Shown in pieces: positions 39,349 to 51,080 of a stretch of 64,000 nucleotides of DNA. The stretch's first letter is position 1, and each line of letters starts with the position of its first letter. Position numbers and translations under genes: made by a program. The notes under the pieces are model-generated. The model saw only the letters and a list, made by a program, of their open reading frames with translations, made no database searches and was not told the DNA's origin. Source of the stretch: an uncultured delta proteobacterium (GTDB lineage Bacteria > Desulfobacterota > Binatia > Binatales > Binataceae); the NCBI GenBank assembly GCA_963724765.1, contig CAVRVY010000004.1:1536001-1600000 (forward strand), written 5' to 3'.

Positions 39349-40848
39349 ATGAAGCGGGTGGAACTATACGCGCAGGTTCGACGAGCGGTTTACGTGGAGG
39401 GGCTGAGTCGGCGGGAAGCAGCACGGCGCTTTGGGATCGACCCGCGGACGGTGGCGAAGATGCTGGCGTTCTCGGTGCCGCCTGGTTATCGACGGAGCCG
39501 GCCGCCGGCGCGGCCCAAGCTGGATCCGTTTGTCGGGATTATCGACCGGATCTTGGAAGAAGATAAGTTACGCCCAGCCAAGCAGCAGCACACGGCGAAA
39601 CGGATTTTCGAGCGGCTGCGCGATGAGCATGGGTATGACGGCGGGATCTCGATCGTAAGGGCTTACGTACACGAGCATCGCCAGCGGCTGCGCGAGATGT
39701 TCGTGCCACTGCACCATGATCCTGGACACGCGCAAGTCGACTTCGGTGAAGCGCTCGCGGTAATCGCAGGTGAGGAGTGCAAGATCCACTTCTTCGCGAT
39801 GGACTTGCCGCACAGCGATGCTTGTTTGGTGCAGGCCTATCCGGCGGAGAGCACCGAGGCCTTCTGCGAAGGTCACAACGTCAGCTTCGAGTTCTTTGGC
39901 GGAGTGCCGCGTTCGATCCTCTACGACAACACCAAGCTGGCGGTGGCGCGCATACTCGGAGATGGCACCCGTAAGCGCACCAAGGTCTTCAGTGAGCTGC
40001 AGTCCCACTCTCTGTTCGCCGATCGCTTCGGGCGGCCGGGCAAGGGTAACGATAAGGGCAAGGTCGAGGGGTTGGTCGGCTATGCGCGGCGCAACTTCAT
40101 GGTGCCGATCCCGCGCGCACTCAGCTTCGCTGAGCTAAATGAGCAGTTGCTGGAGTGCTGCCGCCGTCGTTTGAAGGATCGGCTACGTGGTCATGATGAC
40201 ACCATCGGCGAGCGGCTGGTGAAGGACCGTGAGGCTCTCCTGCCGCTGCCGCCCGCACCCTATGATGCGTGCGAAAAGAGGCCCGCCTGGGTCAGCTCGT
40301 TGTCGCTGGTGCGCTACCGCGGCAACAACTACTCAGTGCCAAGCGCATACGGTCACCGCGAGGTGCTGGTCCGAGGTTACGTCCACGAAGTTGTGATCGC
40401 CTGTGCAACCGAGGAGATCGCCCGGCACGCTCGTTCCTACGAGCGCGAGGACTTCGTGTTCAACCCACTGCACTACCTGGCCCTGCTGGAGCGGAAGATC
40501 GGCGCGCTGGACCAGGCCGCGCCGCTGGTCGGCTGGGAACTACCTGAAGAGTTCGCAACGCTGCGCCGGCTGCTCGAAGCGCGCCTGCGCAAGCCCGGTA
40601 AGCGGGAGTTCGTTCAGGTCCTGCGCTTGCTCGAGGTGTTCGGTCTCGAAGACGTGGTCGCAGGAGTTCGAGAAGCGATCGATCGCGGAGTGATTAGCTT
40701 CGACGCGGTCAAGCATCTCGTGCTGTGCCGCATCGAACGGCGCCCACCGCGACTCGACCTGAAGATCTATCCCTATCTGCCACAGGCGACTGTGAGCACC
40801 ACCTCGGCCCGATCCTACCTGAGCCTGATGGCGGGAGCAGGTTCATGA
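39349..40848 (+). CDS. istA: IS21 transposase IstA
   Basis: AQVDFGEA, LYDNTK, NDKGKVEGLVGYARRN. Confidence 0.95.
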   Translation: MKRVELYAQVRRAVYVEGLSRREAARRFGIDPRTVAKMLAFSVPPGYRRSRPPARPKLDPFVGIIDRILEEDKLRPAKQQHTAKRIFERLRDEHGYDGGISIVRAYVHEHRQRLREMFVPLHHDPGHAQVDFGEALAVIAGEECKIHFFAMDLPHSDACLVQAYPAESTEAFCEGHNVSFEFFGGVPRSILYDNTKLAVARILGDGTRKRTKVFSELQSHSLFADRFGRPGKGNDKGKVEGLVGYARRNFMVPIPRALSFAELNEQLLECCRRRLKDRLRGHDDTIGERLVKDREALLPLPPAPYDACEKRPAWVSSLSLVRYRGNNYSVPSAYGHREVLVRGYVHEVVIACATEEIARHARSYEREDFVFNPLHYLALLERKIGALDQAAPLVGWELPEEFATLRRLLEARLRKPGKREFVQVLRLLEVFGLEDVVAGVREAIDRGVISFDAVKHLVLCRIERRPPRLDLKIYPYLPQATVSTTSARSYLSLMAGAGS

Positions 40849-41621
40849 GCGATACGCCCCAGGTTCTGCTCACCCATTACTTGAAAACACTCAGATTGCC
40901 CACCTTTTTGCGCGAGTATGACAAGTTGGCGCGCCAATGCGCCGGCGAGGATGTCGACTATCCTCGCTACCTGTTGCGCCTGGCCGAGCTGGAGATGATC
41001 GAACGGGAACGCCGGACCATCGAGCGGCGAATCAAGGAAGCCAGGTTCCCGGCGGTCAAAAGTCTCGATAGCTTCGAATTCGCAGCGCTCCCCTCGCTCA
41101 ACAAGACGCTAGTGCTGGAACTGGCCCGCTCGGAGTATATCGCGCGCCGCGAGAACATCATCGCGGTCGGCAACAGTGGCACCGGCAAGACTCATGTGGC
41201 TCTCGGGCTAGGTCTGGCCGCCTGCCAGAAGGGTCTCGCGGTCGGCTTCACCACCGCTGCCGCTTTGGTCAACGAGCTGCATGAAGCGCATGATGAGAAG
41301 CGTCTGCTGCGCCTCCAACGTCAACTCGCCGGCTACAAGCTTCTGATCGTGGATGAACTCGGCTACGTCCCGCTCTCCCCAACTGGTGCAGAGTTACTGT
41401 TCGAAGTCTTCAGCCAGCGCTACGAGCGCGGCTCGATCATCGTTACCAGCAATCTGCCGTTCGATGAGTGGACCAGCGTGTTCGGCTCCGAGCGCTTAAC
41501 CGGCGCACTGCTTGATCGTCTTACCCACCACGTTCACATCCTCGAGATGAACGGTGACAGCTTCAGGCTCAAACACAGCAAGCGCCGCATCAGTGACGAT
41601 CAACCGCGAGAATCCGGCTAA
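40845..41621 (+). CDS. istB: IS21 AAA+ helper ATPase IstB
   Basis: GNSGTGKTH, LIVDELGY, TSNLPF, LLDRLTHH. Confidence 0.95.
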   Translation: MSDTPQVLLTHYLKTLRLPTFLREYDKLARQCAGEDVDYPRYLLRLAELEMIERERRTIERRIKEARFPAVKSLDSFEFAALPSLNKTLVLELARSEYIARRENIIAVGNSGTGKTHVALGLGLAACQKGLAVGFTTAAALVNELHEAHDEKRLLRLQRQLAGYKLLIVDELGYVPLSPTGAELLFEVFSQRYERGSIIVTSNLPFDEWTSVFGSERLTGALLDRLTHHVHILEMNGDSFRLKHSKRRISDDQPRESG

Positions 41622-41795
41622 CACCACTAACTCCAACCCACAAAGCTAGATCTTTTCGACACAGTAGCGAGGGGGTGATCCCCCTCGCGCTCCCCCTGCC
41701 AGACGTCAACCTACCTGCCATCGGCTTATCCAAATGATGGACTTTTGCTCTGGCGCGCTGATGTACTTTCACTCCGGTGTTGACAGGAGCGGAAG

Positions 41796-42233
41796 ATGGA
41801 ATCGTACCCGGAGGGACCAATCAAAGGCTCGGAGATGGAACGCCAAATGAATCTGGCCTGGGATAGCATCGATGCGAAGTCCGCCAAGCACATCGATGAC
41901 CTGCTCAAGCCAAAGTCCCAGGAGGAGATCGGCGCCCTGTTCCATAGCCTTTATGACATTCAAGGCGAAATGGGACCGAAACACGACCGCTGCTTTAGGG
42001 ATGCCATCGTGTACCTGATCGTGGGCACCGCCATGCACTCCCTATTGTTGGCCTTTCCTTGTGTCCATTTCCCAGGGAGCGTCCATCGCGTATTCGATCC
42101 TAAACTCTCCGAGGCCGAACGCAAGTCGGTCTGGGAAACCCACGAGAAGGCCGAGGAGCGGGATGCCGAGGCCCACGCCCGGAAACGCCGCAACCAGGCC
42201 AAACGCGAGCGCCGAGAAGCGGCGCGAGCATAA
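41796..42233 (+). CDS. hypothetical protein (possibly 5'-truncated by IS21)
   Basis: 145-aa ORF starting 10 bp after the IS21 end. Confidence 0.5.
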   Translation: MESYPEGPIKGSEMERQMNLAWDSIDAKSAKHIDDLLKPKSQEEIGALFHSLYDIQGEMGPKHDRCFRDAIVYLIVGTAMHSLLLAFPCVHFPGSVHRVFDPKLSEAERKSVWETHEKAEERDAEAHARKRRNQAKRERREAARA

Positions 42234-42429
42234 CCCGTCCGCCCTGGGCCGCCGCTCGGTCGATAACCGGGCGGCGGCTCTCTTGTGCCAAATAGGTGCC
42301 AAATTAACCCGATCCGGGCGGGGTAGCGCCTATTAGCACCGATTACACGTTTATTCAGTTCCTCTTAGAGCCCCTAAGCGTTAATGGGGTTTCGCGTTAG
42401 CGCCTAGTACCCCGGTTTAGCGCCAAGAT

Positions 42430-43274
42430 CGACTGTACCCGTCGCTCCTGGACGCGATCACCATCGTCCAGCCGGAGACCGTGATCCGCTGGCACCGACG
42501 CGGTTTCCGCGCCTATTGGCGCTGGAAGTCCCGCCACGTCGGCGGCCGTCCAAGGATCGATTGCGAGATGCGAGCGCTGATCCGGCGGGGATGAGCCGCG
42601 AGAACCCGCTGTGGGGCGCACCGCGGATCCACGGCGAATTGTTGATGCTTGGAATCGAGGTCGCTGAATCAACCGTCGGCAGGTATATGGTCTGGCGCCG
42701 CCGACCACCGTCCCAAGGTTGGAAGACTTTCCTGCGCAATCACGTTGGCGGCATCGCTTCGCTGGATCTGTTCGTCGTACCCACGTCTCGTTCAAGCTGC
42801 TGTACGGCTTGGTGATCCTGCGTCACGCCCGCAGGCGACTAGTCGCGATCAGCGTCACTACCAATCCGACTGCCGAGTGGATCGCTGGACAGGTGACTGA
42901 CGCTTTCCCCTGGGACGAAGCGCCGCGTCACCTGATTCGCGACCGCGACGGGGGCCTTCGGCCCAGCCTACACCCATCGCATTCGGGCAATGGGGATCCG
43001 CGATCATCCGACCGCGCCGCGTTCACCGTGGCAGAACGGCCACGTCGAGCGCCTCATCGGCTCGATCCGGCGCGAAAGCCTCGATCACTTGGTCGTGTTC
43101 GACGAAGCGCAGTTGCGTCGCGTTCTGAAGAATTACGCTTCTTATTACAATCGGGTCCGAACGCATCTCTCATTGGACAAGAATGCGCCGGATTTTCGAC
43201 GCCCACAGAAGCTCGGCCCCATCGCAGCCATTTCAATTCTGGGTGGGCTGCACCACCAATATGTAAGGGTTTAG
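42430..43274 (+). pseudogene. 3' part of integrase-core transposase, frameshifted
   Basis: MSRENPLWGAPRIHGELL, LIRDRDG, SPWQNGHVERLIGSIRRE, GGLHHQY spread over several frames. Confidence 0.88.
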
Positions 43275-43369
43275 CAACCGTGTTGAGGGCGCGTTGCCCA
43301 CAGGGTCCACAGGCTCTGGGATCGAATAGAGCATCCCGCCTGTGGACTTGTGGGCAACGCGCAGGCTGT

Positions 43370-44505
<1,136 letters not shown>

Positions 44506-45062
44506 CATACGCCGATTCTCAGATACAAGGTTTTGACTAAGCACACCACCTAAGCCGTCCGCAGCTGTCGTCGATCGATCGTTTGCTCTGGGTACGTGGG
44601 AACTGTGTTCTTCGAAGAACCGGATTCGTTTGTCGTGAGCCTTCCTTTAGGTATAGGTTTTTTCAAGGCCGGAAAGTTATTGCACGTGCCACACAACCGT
44701 GTCCGACTCGGACGGCCATAAACCCAACGGAGTTCATTCATGGACGCCTATCTGGATCGTATCTCTCCTGAGAAATTAACGGTCCTCTGCACAAGGGGGT
44801 TTTTCCTCGACGATAGAAGGCTGACATTTATCGACGAATACGGGGCGGAGCTTTCTATCGAAGAGGTCGAGGAAAACAACGTACGCTGGCTGAAGCGCCG
44901 GATCGGTGAGGTCGGACACTGATAGGCTGCTGCCGGAGTCTTTTCAGGAACGCACAAGCGTTAAGGCGGCGTGCGGAAAGTCCGCGCGTGGCAAGTCGAA
45001 CACTCGTCCACATCTACATCGCGAACCTGAAGGGAACACGAAATTAGTAACTGTTTCGGCGA

Positions 45063-46760
45063 TCATCTCGTAACCGGGGCGGTGAGCCCGGTGCCATCCT
45101 CGAGGTCCAGGCTCGAGCCGAGCCTAAGCACCCGCGTGTGAAATTTTCGGAGGCTCGGCCGATGGCCAAGACTGACGACGGTCGTCGGCATCCGCGCGAG
45201 CCTCGCATACAGGAGTTCCTCGTTTCCCGGATCGAGTGCGCTGGTCGCCTCGTCGAGGAACGCATAGCGCGGATGGTTGAGCAGAAGCCGCGCGAAAGCT
45301 AGCCTCTGCTGCTCGCCGGCGGAAAGCACGTCTACCCAATGCATCTCCGCGTCCAGTCCGCCGAATCGCGCCGGCAGATCGACCAGGTTCACCTCCTTCA
45401 GCGCTTCGAGTTGTTCCTCTTCGGTGGCGTCCTCCGCGCTCGGGTAGCGGAGCTGATCACGCAGTGATCCGAGGATCATGTATGGGCGCTGCGGCAGGAA
45501 CATGATCTGGTTCAGCGGTGGGCGCTCGATACGTCCGCTGCCGGAGTCCCAAAGCCCGGCGACCGCGCGCATCAACGAGGTCTTGCCCACGCCGCTCGGA
45601 CCCATGACCAGCAGCGCGTCGCCCTCGTTGACCGCCGTCGAAAGCCCGTCGAGCAGCGTCCGCGACCGATCCGGCGTCATCAGTGTCAGGTTTTTAAGCG
45701 CAAGGCGTCCGTCCTCGACCACCTCGATCCGCTCCGCGCCGTCGGGCTCGGGAGCATCAGCCTTCTCGCATTCTTTCTTGAACGTCGCGAGACGGTTGAC
45801 CACCGACGCATAGTCAGTGAGGCTTTGGAAACGGTCGATCACCAGTGACAGAGAGCTTTGAAGCACCGCGAACGCGTAAGCGGCCTGGGTGAATTCGCCC
45901 AACTTGAAATGCTCGGAAAAGTACGCGCCTGCGAGGACGAAATAAGGCACGAGATTCGCCGCGTCGTCATAGGATTCGGTGAAGAAGGTGAGATGGCGCT
46001 GCCACAGAATCAGCAATTTGAAGTTGCGCAGCACCCGCGCAAAGCGGCTGCTCAACTGACGCGCCTCATCGCGGGCGCCTTGATAGAGCGCGATCTGTTC
46101 GGCGTTGTCGCGCGCGTGCACGAGCGCGAAGCGGTAATCTGCCTCGTAGCGTTGCTGATCGAAATTGATCAGCACGAGGCGCCTGCCGATTGTGACCGTC
46201 AGCCAGGTACCGACGGCAGCGTAGCCGACCAAGCACACTGCCAACCATGACGAGATCGACCACAGGATTCCGAAAAACGTTGCGGCGGTGACGAGCGCGC
46301 TCAGCATTACCATCGAGTAGGTCAGCGCGCCGGTCGTGAAGCTGTTGATATCCTCACTGATTCGCTGGTCGGGGTTGTCGACGGAGCGATCGCGCATGAT
46401 GCGGTAGAGCGCGTTCTTGTGCAAGCTGAGGCGAACGAACCACTTGGTCATCCATTCGCGCCATTCGATCCCCAGCAGCCTGGTCAGGTAGGGATGAAAA
46501 GCTGCGATGGGCACGAAGATAACGATCCATACCACATACAGAAGTATCAAGTGATAAAAGTGCGCAGCATCCTTGGCCTGCAGCGAGTTCATCACATCGC
46601 GCGAGACGTAGCTGAAGACGGCCCGCATCCCGATCGTGCCCAGGCTCAAAGCCACCATGATCGCTAGTAGCCCGAGAGCCCGGGCCCGCTTTTCGGAGGT
46701 CCAGTAGGGCTTCACCAGGCTCCAGAGCGCCTTCCAAAACACACGGTCGAACTTGCCCAC
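45063..46760 (-). CDS. ABC transporter fused permease/ATPase (YddA / Rv1819c-like)
   Basis: DNPDQRISED, EADYRFAL, GPSGVGKTS, LSAGEQQRL, LDEATSALD. Confidence 0.92.
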   Translation of the reverse strand: MGKFDRVFWKALWSLVKPYWTSEKRARALGLLAIMVALSLGTIGMRAVFSYVSRDVMNSLQAKDAAHFYHLILLYVVWIVIFVPIAAFHPYLTRLLGIEWREWMTKWFVRLSLHKNALYRIMRDRSVDNPDQRISEDINSFTTGALTYSMVMLSALVTAATFFGILWSISSWLAVCLVGYAAVGTWLTVTIGRRLVLINFDQQRYEADYRFALVHARDNAEQIALYQGARDEARQLSSRFARVLRNFKLLILWQRHLTFFTESYDDAANLVPYFVLAGAYFSEHFKLGEFTQAAYAFAVLQSSLSLVIDRFQSLTDYASVVNRLATFKKECEKADAPEPDGAERIEVVEDGRLALKNLTLMTPDRSRTLLDGLSTAVNEGDALLVMGPSGVGKTSLMRAVAGLWDSGSGRIERPPLNQIMFLPQRPYMILGSLRDQLRYPSAEDATEEEQLEALKEVNLVDLPARFGGLDAEMHWVDVLSAGEQQRLAFARLLLNHPRYAFLDEATSALDPGNEELLYARLARMPTTVVSLGHRPSLRKFHTRVLRLGSSLDLEDGTGLTAPVTR

Positions 46761-47462
46761 CGCTGCCTCCGATTCACCCGAGCGGGGCGAGAGAGCGATC
46801 AGGATTCCGCCGGCGTAGCTTTTGTCCGGGGCCGCCTGGCGCGATCCACATTATGCCCGATCGCGTGGGGATACCGGATCGCGGAGATATATGTCCGGGA
46901 GGGGTCAGCCGCCGCCGAGCGTGACTAGGCGTGCGGCATGAGCAACACCGCGACTGATTCTGCCGCTGAGGGCAATCCCTTTGGCACCGTTCGCTTCAAC
47001 AACAAACCTACAGCGCGCCACAAATGCGGTCCAGGGTGAGCGCCCTTCACAACTCGTCTCGATGTAGCAAAGCTTAACGTGATGCTGTCACCTGGCCTTT
47101 AGAAACCGGTACCGGCAGTTCGAATTCAGTTCGCTCCGCCAACCAGTCTCTATCTCCGGGACTAATTCGCTTAACACGCCGAATAGCTCGCGTGTGGGGC
47201 GATGCGCACGGGCCATCGGCACCGGAGAACGCTCAAATGGTGAGCCGCTGCGCGTCACTTCGATTTTCTCTCTGTGGGCGAGTAATTCGGTGCCGATGCC
47301 TACCATTGGCGAACGCAACGTCCGCAGGGAAGCGGCGGATATCGCGAGCGACGCGAAGGGCACGACGGGCTTCCGACGGGTGAAAGCGTTTCGCCCGAGC
47401 ATCGCCTTCTGATGCGTCATCACACAAATTGAGAACCAGGGGCGCATGTTCGAATGCCTCGG

Positions 47463-49151
47463 CTACCCAGCGTTCAAAGCGGTTCTCTGCGAGCACCATG
47501 AGAGCGGAAGCTCGATGCGCCGGGTGAGTGCTTCTGCGGTAAGAGCAGTTGGCTGCCGGCCCTCCACAATAGACTCAACGATATCCGGCGCCAGGAAAGC
47601 CAAGCGGATCAAGCGGCCTACGTAGCGGACGGCTAGTCCCTCGCGCGCAGCTATCGCAGCAAGAGATCTTGCCTTGCCGGTGCTGAGCTCGTCGAACCAG
47701 CGATGTGCCCGAGCAACGGCCTTCAATAGCGATAAATCGACGATGGCCGCTGAACGAATGTGATCGCCTACGATCATTCGCAACTCAACCCCACGCCGCT
47801 TCAGTTGCATTGGAAACGATCGTGCGATTGCGATCTGATCCGGAAGCTGAGCCCGGGACTTTTCCGCGCCTGCGATGGGCAGCTTAATCGACACCCTTAT
47901 GCCGTCAGATTTGAGCTCCACCCGATCCACCAGCGCGGCAATCGCGGCCGTTTGTTCGGCTTCTGATTGAAGGCGGTGACGCCAGGTTCGCGCGGCGTGG
48001 AGTACGCGGTCGACCTGGCTGGAGTTAATGTCAGTTTTCTGAGCGGCCTCGAGAACTGCCGCTTGGTCGTCGAGCATTTCCCGGACAGCGGCCGCTACTC
48101 GCTTTTCGAGCTCTCGCGCAGGCAAACGCCAGCCGGCGCACGACGGCGTAGATCCTTGAGCTGGGAAGTTGCGCGAGACATAATAGCGGTACTTTCGTTC
48201 TCCTTTCCTTGCGTGACTGGGCGTAAGGCCATCGCCATTCTCGTCGACCAATCGCCCGATGAGGGGACTCTTTTCGAGGCTTGCATCGTGGCTCTTGGCC
48301 CGAACTCGGTGCTCCTGAAGCTGCTGCTGGGTTCGCTCCCACACCGCTCGATCCACGATCGCCTGATGCTGACCGGGGTGGCGGAGGTTCTTGTGCCGGA
48401 TCTCACCTACGTAAATCGGATTCGAGAGGAGCGCGTAAAGTGCTCCTTGGGAGAACGAGTGCCCGCCAGACTCGATTCCGGCCTTGGAGCTTCGCCGCTT
48501 GGAAACGACACCGCGGCGGTCCAGATCTTCTTTGAGCAGCCGAACGCAGCCGAGCTCTTGGTATCGACGGAAAATATATCGGACGGTCTCCGCCTCCGGT
48601 TCGTCGATCACAATGCGGCGGTCGCAGACGTCGTACCCGAGTGGAACGAAACCGCCCATCCACATCCCTTTGCGCTTGGAGGCCGCGATTTTGTCGCGGA
48701 TCCGTTCTCCCGTCACCTCGCGCTCGAACTGGGCGAAGGACAGCAGGACGTTGAGCGTCAAACGTCCCATCGAAGTCGTCGTATTGAACTGCTGGGTGAC
48801 AGCGACGAAGGAGACTCCATGCGCGTCGAACACCTCGACCATCTTGGCAAAGTCAGCCAGTGAACGGGTAAGCCGGTCCACTTTGTAAACGACCACCACA
48901 TCGATCAGACGTTCGCGAATATCGGACAGTAAGCGCTGCAACGCCGGCCGGTTCATCGTGGCGCCCGACAGTCCGCCGTCATCATAGGCTGTCTTGACCA
49001 GGCGCCAGCCCTCGCCCTGCTGACTTTTGATGTAGGACTCGCAGGCTTCGCGCTGCGCGTGTAGAGAATTGAAGTCCTGTTCGAGTCCCTCCTCAGATGA
49101 TTTGCGGGTGTAGATTGCGCAGCGCCGACTCGAAGCTTTACCGGATTCCAT
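47463..49151 (-). CDS. large serine recombinase
   Basis: CAIYTRKSS, YKVDRLTRS, SFAQFEREVTGERIRDK, PLGY. Confidence 0.93.
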   Translation of the reverse strand: MESGKASSRRCAIYTRKSSEEGLEQDFNSLHAQREACESYIKSQQGEGWRLVKTAYDDGGLSGATMNRPALQRLLSDIRERLIDVVVVYKVDRLTRSLADFAKMVEVFDAHGVSFVAVTQQFNTTTSMGRLTLNVLLSFAQFEREVTGERIRDKIAASKRKGMWMGGFVPLGYDVCDRRIVIDEPEAETVRYIFRRYQELGCVRLLKEDLDRRGVVSKRRSSKAGIESGGHSFSQGALYALLSNPIYVGEIRHKNLRHPGQHQAIVDRAVWERTQQQLQEHRVRAKSHDASLEKSPLIGRLVDENGDGLTPSHARKGERKYRYYVSRNFPAQGSTPSCAGWRLPARELEKRVAAAVREMLDDQAAVLEAAQKTDINSSQVDRVLHAARTWRHRLQSEAEQTAAIAALVDRVELKSDGIRVSIKLPIAGAEKSRAQLPDQIAIARSFPMQLKRRGVELRMIVGDHIRSAAIVDLSLLKAVARAHRWFDELSTGKARSLAAIAAREGLAVRYVGRLIRLAFLAPDIVESIVEGRQPTALTAEALTRRIELPLSWCSQRTALNAG

Positions 49152-49620
49152 GACTTTGCTCCTTGGCTGCGGATTTGAGGCCGAAGAACAGTGGTCCCGA
49201 CCAGCGCGAGCCGGTGATGACGCGTGCAACCTCGGAAAGTGACTTGTATCGTTTGCTTCGAAAGAGGATCCCGTCTTCGAGCACCTTCGCTTGATGGGTC
49301 ACTCCACCCCAGTCACGCACCAACACGGTTCCGACTTTAGGATGTAGGCTCGGGTAGTGTGGTGAGGGTCGGGAGGTCGCAGGATTGTTAGCGACCTGCA
49401 TTAGATGGCGGCGGACCGAAGATTTGAGTGCGCCGAGTGCATTCTCCTGCATTCGGAGAGCAACCGCCGCAATCAGGAGAGATTGGTGAATCTTCTGAGG
49501 GGGCTTCGTGCCATAGAGGATGCTCCAGAGGTACTTCAGCTCGTCATCGTCTCGCGTTTTGAGGTTCTGCAATTCCCTTGCGAGTTTCTCGGATTTCGCG
49601 TCCGATACCATGCGCTTCAT
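49138..49620 (-). CDS. DUF2924-domain protein
   Basis: GTVLVRDWGG, YKSLSEVARVITGSRWSGPLFFGL. Confidence 0.88.
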   Translation of the reverse strand: MKRMVSDAKSEKLARELQNLKTRDDDELKYLWSILYGTKPPQKIHQSLLIAAVALRMQENALGALKSSVRRHLMQVANNPATSRPSPHYPSLHPKVGTVLVRDWGGVTHQAKVLEDGILFRSKRYKSLSEVARVITGSRWSGPLFFGLKSAAKEQSHGIR

Positions 49621-49895
49621 AGCCAGTTCCTAACCCTCCCCATACACACACATTGCTCGATTCGCGGCGGGTAGCCAGTCCAACGAGGGTTTACTTTCCG
49701 CTTGTCTGATGCGATTTCGCTGGCCCCATTTCGCCTTCCAATCGCCCCCATCGTGCAGACCGTCGATCCGCGCGAGTAGTCGGCTTCTTTCTTTCTGCGC
49801 GAATGACATGGAATGGAGGAGGTAATCACTCGCTTCATGGACGCAACGGAGCAAACATCCCAGCGAGCCCTTAGGGCTTAGGAGATCTAGAGCGA

Positions 49896-50228
49896 ATGGA
49901 ACAAGCGAAATTGGCGAACGGAAGCGTGCATGAATTACCGATCGGACGCTCCCCGTCCCCGGCTAAGCAGGATCAGATGGACGCGGCGCGGTCGACTGGT
50001 AAGAAGGCGGTCCGGACGAAGGCTGCCCCGAGAAAGGACAAGCCTGCACGGCGACTCCGGAAGGAGATGGCTAGTAAGTCGAAATCAAACAAGCTGGTTT
50101 GCCGCTATTGCGGGAGCGACGATCTGGCGCCGAGTTTCATCAAGCGGCGCGATCGCCGATGCCGCAAGTGTTTCAGTAAGCGCTATGGGTCGGCGGCACG
50201 GGCGAGGAAGGCGAAGGTCAAGAAGTAG
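49896..50228 (+). CDS. small basic Zn-finger hypothetical protein (start uncertain, possibly 50067)
   Basis: CRYC...CRKC; followed by a hairpin-U terminator. Confidence 0.55.
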   Translation: MEQAKLANGSVHELPIGRSPSPAKQDQMDAARSTGKKAVRTKAAPRKDKPARRLRKEMASKSKSNKLVCRYCGSDDLAPSFIKRRDRRCRKCFSKRYGSAARARKAKVKK

Positions 50229-50248
50229 TTTGGCCACGACGTGAGATG

Positions 50249-50281
50249 AGGGACCGGGCTCAAAAGGGCTCGGCCCTTTTC
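50249..50281 (+). terminator. intrinsic terminator
   Basis: AGGGACCGGGCT-CAAAA-GGGCTCGGCCCT hairpin followed by TTT. Confidence 0.5.
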
Positions 50282-50571
50282 CGTTTAGGGCTTCGTCTAG
50301 GGGCGGGGCTGAACGAAACCGGTGAACCTTCAAGCGGGCGAAATTCCTTGCGTCATGCCACAAGACGCCGAAGCGAAGCTGACGGCAAGATTTGCATCGG
50401 CCCCGTCAGGCACCGTCGAAACACCGCGGACCAAAACCTTGCCGAGGGCGGGCGTTCGGTCTGCAAGGCAATTGAGATCGGAGAGCCACTACGGAAATCA
50501 GAGTTGAGGACGACCTCAACCAAGCGAGTTTCGCCTGCGTACTGTTTCGAGGGAATGAAAAAGGGGCACTG

Positions 50572-51080
50572 ATGAAAATGAGAGTTGCGATTTTTCTACC
50601 AGTCGTGATGACTTTTGGCGTGGTATCAGTCTTCAGCGCGACTGCGCGCTCAGGATTTCAAAGTCTGCAAGAGTACGTTTGCTTTGTGTACGATTGCCCC
50701 ATGTGACCCGATTCCCGGAAACGACAATCAGCTCGCCTGTCATTGCACTGTCAATAACAGTTATTCCGCTGGCCAGGATCCATGCCAGGGGGTGAAGGAC
50801 ACCCCGAAGGGGCGCAGATCAGGTCGCGCTATTATCCGGTTCACAGTTATGCGGTATGGTCGAACGATCGGCCCTGGGCGTGGTGCCCCGATAAGCCCTG
50901 CATAGTTGACAAGAACAATCCGGAAGCAGCTTCGTGCGCCGAGCAACTACACTCCAAACACTTGCACGACAGGGGTTATTTCGTCGGCGACGGTTCAGCA
51001 AATAACCCAGGTAACAGATTACCTGAAGACCAAGACCAAAGTGCTGACCCCGTTCAACATCTAGGTCCTGAAAAAATGAC
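50572..51080 (+). pseudogene. frameshifted Cys-rich secreted protein
   Basis: Signal-like MKMRVAIFLPVV..., then AQDFKVCKSTFALCTIAPC... and QIRSRYYP...PWAWCPDKPC in different frames. Confidence 0.55.

Larger units (their letters stand above)
39279..41785 (+). mobile_element. IS21-family element
   Basis: istA-istB pair; ends CGGTTGCACCGGAGTAAAAAT and rc TGTCAACACCGGAGTGAAAGT; no target duplication seen. Confidence 0.88.
27669..42443. mobile_element. ~14.7 kb integrated primase/AlpA element (satellite- or IME-like), no integrase or structural genes recognised
   Basis: 14-bp direct repeat CGACTGTACCCGTC at 27669-27682 and 42430-42443; removing the segment restores the host transposase frame. 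Confidence 0.85.
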
